Sequence record: OZ195934.1
Length of the DNA stretch: 64,000 nt
Strand: one strand, 5' to 3'
Made by a program: the position numbers and the translations under genes. Positions 27,557 to 33,639 of the stretch are shown one piece after another; the first letter of the stretch is position 1; each line of letters starts with the position of its first letter. Under the pieces are notes generated by a model, which was not told the origin of the DNA, did no database searches, and worked only from the letters and a program-made list of their open reading frames with translations.

Positions 27557-27666
27557 GAGTGTCGTTTATACCGCGTCTCCAAGACCTGAGATACCAACTC
27601 AGCATGGGATTCGAACCCACCGACGTTTCTTGTATCGAAAGAAATTTTAAATTGCTGTAAACACTC
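27557..27666 (-). ncRNA. Circularly permuted tRNA-like RNA E3 (YrlA-like topology)
   Basis: GAGTGT-T-TACAGCAA, anticodon-like hairpin, GTGGG TTCGAAT CCCAT T-arm, loop-closed acceptor, D-like hairpin, AAACG-ACACTC. Confidence 0.8.
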
Positions 27667-27675
27667 TTAGTATTT

Positions 27676-27749
27676 TGGCTGGGGATAACGGACTCGAACC
27701 GATACTGCGAAAGTCAAAGTTTCGTATGCTGCCATTACATCAATCCCCT
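27676..27749 (-). tRNA. tRNA-Gln(TTG)
   Basis: Cloverleaf, loop CTTTGAC, CCA. Confidence 0.92.
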
Positions 27750-27757
27750 ATTGTTCT

Positions 27758-27982
27758 TTAGCGACTCGAATTGATCTCATCGATCATTCGTTTAGCTAGT
27801 TTCGTAGCTAGTGCTTTATCAGCATCGCCAGTTGTTTCTATGTCGTATGCAATTTTACTCACATACTTTGAGTCTAGCGCACCCGCTGATTGTTTAGACC
27901 AGTGATCCTTGACTTTCTGATATTTCGTCATGTCAATCGAATCTTTTGTCGCTTCACCCAAAAATTCTGCTAATGTTTTCAT
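27758..27982 (-). CDS. Candidate internal head protein (T4 IP-like)
   Basis: MKTLAEFLGEA capsid-targeting-like N-terminus; TATAAATA at 28012-28019. Confidence 0.7.
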   Translation of the reverse strand: MKTLAEFLGEATKDSIDMTKYQKVKDHWSKQSAGALDSKYVSKIAYDIETTGDADKALATKLAKRMIDEINSSR

Positions 27983-28022
27983 ATCTCTATTCTTATTAAA
28001 GTGTAAAAACATATTTATATGC

Positions 28023-28171
28023 AAGATAACATACACGACGGCGTAAGTAGTCGTTCTTATGTTTAGACTAGAAATCCACGTCACATCATTAATGCTATAA
28101 TTGCGCCACTCTCTACTATGAATATGTTATGCATTATTCATGCAGACTCTTCTTGCGCTGTAAATTATCTT
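28023..28171 (-). ncRNA. Motif RNA E4
   Basis: AAGATAA-T-TTACAGCGCAA ... ATG-TTATCTT; starts right after tRNA-Asp CCA. Confidence 0.65.
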
Positions 28172-28247
28172 TGGCGGAACTGACGGGGCTCGAACCCGCT
28201 TCCTTCTCCGTGACAGGGAGGTATGCACCCAGTTACACCTCAGCTCC
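28172..28247 (-). tRNA. tRNA-Asp(GTC)
   Basis: Cloverleaf, loop CTGTCAC, G73. Confidence 0.94.
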
Positions 28248-28250
28248 CCA

Positions 28251-28340
28251 AAGATAACTCTTTGTATTAAGACACTGTAATCGTTTGGTTTTTTCTTCAA
28301 ATAAAAAATACTGGTTTGTTTGCAGAATGATTACTATCTT
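28251..28340 (-). ncRNA. Motif RNA E5 (CTGCAAAC subtype)
   Basis: AAGATAG-T-AATCATTCTGCAAAC ... GAG-TTATCTT. Confidence 0.6.
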
Positions 28341-28345
28341 AAATC

Positions 28346-28421
28346 TGGCAGGGACACTCAGATTCGAACTGAGACCAACGGGTTTGGAATCCGTCATGCT
28401 GCCATTAAACACCATGTCCCT
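28346..28421 (-). tRNA. tRNA-Trp(CCA)
   Basis: Cloverleaf, loop TTCCAAA, G73. Confidence 0.9.
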
Positions 28422-28469
28422 ATTGCGTATGAGGTGGCTTAAATCAGTGGCCACTCTCACGCTAAAATT

Positions 28470-28543
28470 TGGTACTCACGAAGAGAATCGAACTCTTATC
28501 TGACGGTTATCAGCCGTCTGCTTTACCGTTAAGCTACGCGAGT
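28470..28543 (-). tRNA. tRNA-Ile(GAT)
   Basis: Cloverleaf, loop CTGATAA. Confidence 0.94.
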
Positions 28544-28608
28544 AAAGTACGCTCGAAAGCGCACAATGTTAATCGGTTAAGTGACTAGCTCGACCAATGT
28601 AACATATT

Positions 28609-28701
28609 TGGAGGAAGATAACGGAGTCGAACCGTCACCGCGCTACTAACGCAATGGGCTGGTTTTCAAGACCAGTTGCGAACCACATCGCCCTATCTTC
28701 C
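28609..28701 (-). tRNA. tRNA-Ser(TGA)
   Basis: Loop CTTGAAA, long variable arm, CCA. Confidence 0.9.
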
Positions 28702-28706
28702 TTTAA

Positions 28707-28955
28707 TTACTTATGTCGTCCCCAATACATCTTATCAAAGCTGTTTAGGTATTCTTCGACTTTAGCTACATCAGCCGCACTAACAACCCATTCGTTGTCT
28801 TGAGTCGTGCGTTTATTCGCAGGAACTGCTTTAGCGCCTAATTTAGCCATTGTGTTTCTGTGTCGTTCGCGATCCATTGATCCACTAAAAAGTGAGCCAG
28901 ATACGCCGTACGTAACGTCCGTTGCTTCTGCAAGAAACTCTTGTAAAGTTTTCAT
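28707..28955 (-). CDS. Candidate internal head protein (T4 IP-like)
   Basis: MKTLQEFLAEA N-terminus; TCTAAATA late-like promoter near 28981. Confidence 0.7.
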   Translation of the reverse strand: MKTLQEFLAEATDVTYGVSGSLFSGSMDRERHRNTMAKLGAKAVPANKRTTQDNEWVVSAADVAKVEEYLNSFDKMYWGRHK

Positions 28956-28999
28956 GTTTTCCACCATTGTCTTAAAACAATATTTAGACGTTTAAAAAT

Positions 29000-29076
29000 T
29001 GGATGCGTGGGAGTGGATTCGAACCACTGACCTCCGGCTTATGAGACCGACGAGCTGACCGCTGCTCTACCCCGCA
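29000..29076 (-). tRNA. tRNA-fMet-like (CAT)
   Basis: TGCGGGGTAGAGCAG initiator-like 5' end, loop CTCATAA; one extra A in acceptor 3' strand. Confidence 0.8.
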
Positions 29077-29080
29077 ATTA

Positions 29081-29266
29081 TTACTTACTGAACTGCACTA
29101 CACAAGTATCTGATTGATACACTATCGTGCCAGTTGCTTCCGCGTCTATTTGAACGATGCAGCCATTTGCCCCATCTTCACCGCGTGATGCTACATCTTT
29201 AATCGAAATGCCACTTGAACAAGCTGTCAATGACAGTGCAAGTGCTAATGCTGCTATTGCTTTCAT
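29081..29266 (-). CDS. Small lipoprotein
   Basis: Signal peptide with lipobox LTAC; two further Cys. Confidence 0.7.
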   Translation of the reverse strand: MKAIAALALALSLTACSSGISIKDVASRGEDGANGCIVQIDAEATGTIVYQSDTCVVQFSK

Positions 29267-29282
29267 GATGTTCACCTTAATT

Positions 29283-29369
29283 TGGTGGTTCGCCTAGGAC
29301 TCGAACCTAGAAGCCCGTTCAAGGGCGAGGGATTTACAATCCCCTGACTTACCATTAGTCTAACGAACC
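29283..29369 (-). tRNA. tRNA-Tyr(GTA)
   Basis: Loop TTGTAAA, long variable arm, CCA. Confidence 0.94.
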
Positions 29370-29375
29370 AGAATT

Positions 29376-29449
29376 TGGTACTCCGTACGGGAGTCGAACC
29401 CGTCCCTTTAGATTGAAAGTCTAACGATCTACCAATAATCTAACGGAGC
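29376..29449 (-). tRNA. tRNA-Glu(TTC)
   Basis: Cloverleaf, loop CTTTCAA. Confidence 0.93.
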
Positions 29450-29572
29450 ATTGAAAAATTATTTATTAGCAAACTAGCAAGTTATCTGAGATAATCATTT
29501 AACGGGCCCAGCTAGTAAACTAATAGATAATTTCTCATCTAGAGATAGTTTAGTGACTTCTCAACGGTCAAT
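29450..29572 (-). ncRNA. Putative rod-like RNA (~120 nt)
   Basis: AAATTAT/ATAATTT, ATTAG/CTAAT, ACTAGC/GCTAGT stems separated by 2x2 internal loops. Confidence 0.45.
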
Positions 29573-29573
29573 T

Positions 29574-29648
29574 TGGTGCGTCGCCTGAGATTCGAACTCA
29601 GACTTTTCTGGTTAAAAGCCAGATGTACTACCATTATACGAACGACGC
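29574..29648 (-). tRNA. tRNA-Lys(TTT)
   Basis: Cloverleaf, loop CTTTTAA. Confidence 0.94.
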
Positions 29649-29654
29649 ATTAAC

Positions 29655-29729
29655 TGGTGCACCCTCTCGGAATCGAACCGAGCACTGTGGGACTTCACTC
29701 CACCGCTTTTCCTGATAAGCTAAGGGTAC
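29655..29729 (-). tRNA. tRNA-Phe(GAA)
   Basis: Cloverleaf, atypical loop GTGAAGT. Confidence 0.85.
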
Positions 29730-29735
29730 TTTATT

Positions 29736-29810
29736 TGGCGGACGTGGAGAATTTCGAAATCTCGACCCCGGTGTTAACAGCACCGCGCTCTGCCTCTGAG
29801 CTACACATCC
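29736..29810 (-). tRNA. tRNA-Asn(GTT)
   Basis: Cloverleaf, loop CTGTTAA, G73. Confidence 0.94.
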
Positions 29811-29815
29811 AAATT

Positions 29816-29892
29816 TGGTACGCAGAGAGAGATTCGAACTCTCAACTCCTAGTTTCTAAGACTAGCGGCTCTGCCAATTGGCCTACCTGCGC
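29816..29892 (-). tRNA. tRNA-Leu(TAG)
   Basis: Cloverleaf, loop CTTAGAA. Confidence 0.92.
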
Positions 29893-29905
29893 ACTGTGTA
29901 AATAA

Positions 29906-29980
29906 TGGTCGGAGTAGAAGAATTCGAATCTTCACCGCTCGGCCCCAAACCGACTATGCTGCCATTAACACCATACTCCG
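29906..29980 (-). tRNA. tRNA-Pro(TGG)
   Basis: Cloverleaf, loop TTTGGGG. Confidence 0.92.
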
Positions 29981-30008
29981 AAAAACTTTTGTAGAACTTC
30001 GTTCTTAC

Positions 30009-30202
30009 ATTGTACATGATGTTTTCTTCGTTGTAAACATCTTTTTTGAAAAACTTTTCGTTCGTTTTCGAACGTTTAAATGCTTTTCTCTATTGTACAT
30101 GATGTTTTCGTCATTGTAAACATCTTTTTTAAATCTTTTTGAATGACTTAACGTTTTTGTTTTAACACGTTAATCATATCACTCGTTTACGACTCGTTAA
30201 AC
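30009..30202 (-). promoter_or_regulatory. Three tandem early promoters driving the tRNA array
   Basis: TTTACA-17-TACAAT twice (30009-30037, 30092-30120, near-duplicate) and TTTAAC-17-TATGAT (30173-30201). Confidence 0.8.
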
Positions 30203-30278
30203 ACTTATTTGTGAATAATTTCGTTAAATTCTATCATCGCGACAGTAGATAACGAGACACGGTCCTAAACGTATCGTT

Positions 30279-30354
30279 TGGCACTCGATATAAGATTCGA
30301 ACTTATAACCTGCGCCTTCGTAGGACGCTGCTCTTCCAATTGAGCTAATCGAGC
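30279..30354 (-). tRNA. tRNA-Arg(ACG)
   Basis: Cloverleaf, loop CTACGAA. Confidence 0.93.
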
Positions 30355-30381
30355 ATTAAAGCTTGTTTGCTTTCTTTGTTT

Positions 30382-30410
30382 ATCATACTCTGCTTTGAAA
30401 GCATGTTAAA
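30382..30410 (-). promoter_or_regulatory. Early promoter
   Basis: TTTAAC-17-TATGAT. Confidence 0.7.
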
Positions 30411-30437
30411 CAAAGAATTTCAGTTTATTTCGCCCAT

Positions 30438-30462
30438 AAAAAAGGACGCTAATCTGCGTCCT
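30438..30462 (-). terminator. Rho-independent terminator
   Basis: AGGACGC-AGATTA-GCGTCCT-T tract. Confidence 0.8.
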
Positions 30463-30723
30463 CAAGTATACTTCTATGTTATACTTTCGGACTACATTCG
30501 TGGATCCCATTTCTGGTTGCCAAACGTCGGATTCGCCAGATATACCGATACTGAGCTAAAGCGCATTTCGCTTCGTAAAATCTCAATATGTGTATTAGAA
30601 TGTGGCATCGTGGCTCTCTTTTCGAACGTAAAAATTGTTGTTTTGTTTTTTCTATAATTGTACTTATAAGACTAAAATCGAGGTTTCGTGCGTTTTTTGC
30701 AAAAAACCTCGAAAAAAGTGAAA

Positions 30724-30963
30724 TTATTTTTTAAAGTGCTTTCTTTTATTGCACTCAGCTAAGATTTCATTGTCATAATGATTCTGAAGCTGCTTGAATT
30801 TCTTGTGCTGATCTGGCGTTAGCTCATTCTCATCACGAAGATTTTTCAAGAACCCAAGAGGTTTACGAAACGACTTGCGATACGAGTCTAAACGCTGATC
30901 AGTCAAACCGACTAGTTGTTTAGGCGTTAGCAATGTCTTATTAATGTCAAAGTTCTTACTCAT
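30724..30963 (-). CDS. Hypothetical basic protein
   Basis: 79-aa ORF with AAGGGG SD. Confidence 0.65.
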   Translation of the reverse strand: MSKNFDINKTLLTPKQLVGLTDQRLDSYRKSFRKPLGFLKNLRDENELTPDQHKKFKQLQNHYDNEILAECNKRKHFKK

Positions 30964-30985
30964 GTGTTACCCCTTGTATTGAAAT

Positions 30986-31100
30986 TGGCTGACCGATGCG
31001 GGACTCGAACCCACGACCACGTGCTTAACAGGCAATTAGAAATGCGGTAGCGATACTTATCAATATCATTTACGTGCTCTACCACTGAGCTAATCGGTCA
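30986..31100 (-). ncRNA. tRNA-Asn(GTT)-like RNA with 38-nt insertion after nt 28
   Basis: Removing 31035-31072 restores CGTGC-CTGTTAA-GCACG arm; 8-bp acceptor, G73, CCA. Confidence 0.8.
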
Positions 31101-31105
31101 ATTGT

Positions 31106-31349
31106 TTAGTTCGCTTTTGCAGTGCACCGAGCCACCTCAGAATTGATACATTTCGTTTGACGCGCATTCGGATGGTTACGCTTTGCGTCGTGAGTCTGTC
31201 AGCGATGCATGGCATACACACACCCCGTTTCTCACCTACTCTGCCCTACAGACGTTATCTGCTTGGTTAACAATTGCACTCGCATTAGGTATAACATGTC
31301 ACCGTCATCTTCCGGACGATTTCAGTGTATGCACTCAAAAGCGAACTAA
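31106..31349 (-). ncRNA. Putative 244-nt RNA closed by a 20-bp terminal stem
   Basis: TTAGTTCGCTTTTGAGTGCA pairs with TGCACTGCAAAAGCGAACTAA. Confidence 0.65.
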
Positions 31350-31362
31350 TGTTGATTCTATT

Positions 31363-31911
31363 CTACTTCTCTCGCAATGTAAACAGCAGATTGCGATAAT
31401 CGAAGTTTCGTTTGTTCTTTGTATTGTAGAAGCTAGTCCAGTCGATTGCAACGGGACAATTCTTACTACCGACACGAGCAATGAATATCTCGTGTGTCGC
31501 GCTGTGCTTCGCGTTATAAGCTCTTACTCGTTTTTCATAGTGAGCTATGTATTCTGCACAAGCAGCGTTGTAATCAGCTCTAGAGAACGTCTTACCTTTC
31601 ATAAAGCGTGCATCAAGATACGGACGAATAACCCGAACGCGTTCTCCCGACCATGCCATATTAAAGCTGTTTTCAATTTCACCTAGAATTTGACCAGTCT
31701 TTAAGTTACGGCTCAGTATGACCCAACAGCGTGTACGACGATAGTCTTCAAAACGCATCACCTTAATGTGTGCATTAATGAATTCATCGCGTTTAGCGTT
31801 GCACTCAATGCGTGCTGCACGACGCTGTTCTTCAGTCATCGACTCTCGAACTTCTTTCGGATACAATGTAGCAAAGCGTTTCGGGCAATCTGCCATCGTT
31901 AGCTTTTTCAT
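31363..31911 (-). CDS. Hypothetical basic protein
   Basis: 182-aa ORF coupled to upstream gene. Confidence 0.65.
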   Translation of the reverse strand: MKKLTMADCPKRFATLYPKEVRESMTEEQRRAARIECNAKRDEFINAHIKVMRFEDYRRTRCWVILSRNLKTGQILGEIENSFNMAWSGERVRVIRPYLDARFMKGKTFSRADYNAACAEYIAHYEKRVRAYNAKHSATHEIFIARVGSKNCPVAIDWTSFYNTKNKRNFDYRNLLFTLREK

Positions 31912-32117
31912 ATCATACCTCTCTTGCGTTTAAGTTGCGAACGCTCAATTTGATTGAAGACTTGCTTATCTTTTGCTTTATTGCGTCGAGAATTACCCCA
32001 ACGACTTCCAGCACATACACCAAAGCGGTCTTTTTTAAGCTTCTTAGCTAACCACAATGGTACTTCGACACGAGCACGTAAGTAGTGCTTTGCGATGTCT
32101 TTATAAGTCTTGCCCAT
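31908..32117 (-). CDS. Small basic protein
   Basis: ORF from MGKTYKD with AGAGGA SD. Confidence 0.6.
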   Translation of the reverse strand: MGKTYKDIAKHYLRARVEVPLWLAKKLKKDRFGVCAGSRWGNSRRNKAKDKQVFNQIERSQLKRKRGMI

Positions 32118-32130
32118 GATAATTTCCTCT

Positions 32131-32371
32131 TGTTGCCGCTCCGTGGAATCGAACCACGTCAAACACAACACCTCGTCAGCCCAATAAGAGTTTCGAAGTA
32201 AGAGCTTACTAGCACATTAAAGCACGGGGCATTATTTCTCTCAAGCAGTTTTCGACCACCGCGTGAGCTTTCTTATCCCCAGTCCCAGTGATTCAGAACG
32301 AAACATGATAGCGAGTCATGAGTTGAACTAATGTTGGGAAAACACTGCGTATTGTACACCGAGTAAGCGGC
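32131..32371 (-). ncRNA. tmRNA-shaped 241-nt tRNA-like RNA
   Basis: GCCGCTT/GAGCGGC acceptor, CGTGG TTCGATT CCACG T-arm, ACAATAC/GTGTTGT helix. Confidence 0.7.
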
Positions 32372-32385
32372 ATTGTTAATAAACT

Positions 32386-32505
32386 TGGTGCCCTACGTGA
32401 ACGTTGAACGTTTTTCTACTTAGCTTCCATCTACCTCACTCAACGAAGAGCTATAGATTCCGTCAAGGTCTACTTCCACTTGACTAAGCGATTCAAACGT
32501 AGGAC
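32386..32505 (-). ncRNA. 120-nt CCA-terminated non-cloverleaf RNA
   Basis: GTCCTACG/CGTAGGGC-ACCA end; internal CTTAG/CTAAG, TCAAG/CTTGA, TCTAT/GTAGA stems. Confidence 0.7.
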
Positions 32506-32544
32506 ATATTTTGAAAGTAGTCTCGTAAAACTACTTTGAGAATA

Positions 32545-32622
32545 TGGTGACCCTCGTGGGACTCGAACCCAACTATCTTTCGGTTATGAGCCGACTGCTT
32601 TTACCAGTTAAGCTAAAGGGCC
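32545..32622 (-). tRNA. tRNA-Met or Ile2 (CAT)
   Basis: GGCCCTT acceptor (ileX-like), loop CTCATAA, CCA. Confidence 0.85.
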
Positions 32623-32623
32623 A

Positions 32624-32989
32624 TTATGTTTCTAGCCATCTACCAATCTTTGCAGCGAAGATGTTTTCTTCTTCGTTGATTAGCGCAGTCGATTTCATTT
32701 GATGAAACATATCTTGCTTGTGAAGCGTATCAAGTTTGACTGCACATTGCAACAACTCTTTTACGCTTCGCATAATTTCTTCTGAATCAAGCTGCGACGT
32801 TTCAGGATGATAAATCAAATTCTGAAGCACAGCTTCTATGTTGCCGTAACAACCCATACCAATAAAATTGATGATAAGTCGATACTGCATTTCTACTGAG
32901 AATGAACAATGCTTGCGCAAATTGCGCTTAACGACTTCACATACTAGCAACTTCTCTTCGAGTTCTTGCTTTATTGCTGTAAACTTCAT
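32624..32989 (-). CDS. Hypothetical protein
   Basis: 121-aa ORF with GAGGTG SD. Confidence 0.65.
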   Translation of the reverse strand: MKFTAIKQELEEKLLVCEVVKRNLRKHCSFSVEMQYRLIINFIGMGCYGNIEAVLQNLIYHPETSQLDSEEIMRSVKELLQCAVKLDTLHKQDMFHQMKSTALINEEENIFAAKIGRWLET

Positions 32990-33005
32990 TGTTCACCTCT
33001 TAAAA

Positions 33006-33128
33006 TGGTGGAGAGTGCGGGATTCGAACCACGCGGCCAAAAGATTTACTTAGTTAGTGTTTGCAGCATGAATACTTGACAATATTCTGTCAACGTTCTT
33101 TTGCTCTACCAGACTGAGCTAACTCTCC
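33006..33128 (-). ncRNA. tRNA-Tyr(GTA)-like RNA with ~45-nt insertion in anticodon loop
   Basis: Canonical acceptor, D and T arms; AAAGA/TCTTT stem enclosing 52 nt that end AAGTAAA. Confidence 0.8.
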
Positions 33129-33140
33129 ATTTAAAACACA

Positions 33141-33264
33141 TTGAGCAGGGTGCAGGATTCGAACCTGCGTCACGATCTTAGAATGATATGCTGTTTGGGT
33201 TGCTGAATACAAGCTATACAACTTGCGTTTATGCTACGTGTGCTAGCCACTACACCAACCCTGC
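33141..33264 (-). ncRNA. tRNA-Arg(TCT)-like RNA with 49-nt insertion after nt 28
   Basis: Removing 33188-33236 gives CGATC-ATTCTAA-GATCG; ends CAA; 17-bp flanking IR. Confidence 0.8.
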
Positions 33265-33517
33265 TCAATGTGTTCTAGTGCAATGCCATATGAACTCACA
33301 TGGCATCACTGAACCTGTTTTATATTGCCTTAGCTAACCAACACAATCTGAAATCGTGCGCTTTAATAAAGGGAGGGCGTCCCTCTTCGCCAGTTAGCAT
33401 AGATGTGTTGCTATGCACCCATTTGTCAATCATGTCCAAGGCAAACAGAACAATGAATACGAGTGCGAGAAGATATACAATCAAATTGAAACACCTCGCT
33501 AAAAAGTTAGAGCATAT

Positions 33518-33639
33518 TGGTCGTGCGTACTAGAATCGAACTAGTCCTACGATCTCCTAATGATATGCGTTATTGGTTGCTGAATACTTACTTGTCAGTA
33601 AGCGTTATGCTACGTGTGCTGCCACTACACCAACGCACG
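33518..33639 (-). ncRNA. tRNA-Leu(TAG)-like RNA with 48-nt insertion after nt 28
   Basis: Removing 33565-33612 gives CGATC-ATTAGGA-GATCG; ACCA end; 21-bp perfect flanking IR. Confidence 0.8.

Noticed and set aside
28609-28701. tRNA-Sec-like appearance (GGAAGAT acceptor, long variable arm)
   Set aside because: Anticodon is TGA, not TCA, and the acceptor is 7 bp. It is an ordinary tRNA-Ser.
18612-30462. Near-identical terminator hairpins at 18612 and 30438
   Set aside because: Only ~25 bp; reuse of terminators is common and implies no separate system.
30986-33639. Archaeal-type BHB introns as the explanation for the tRNA insertions
   Set aside because: No bulge-helix-bulge pairing could be drawn across the junctions, no splicing endonuclease is in the window, and every anticodon has an intact duplicate. 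Splicing is not excluded but is unsupported.
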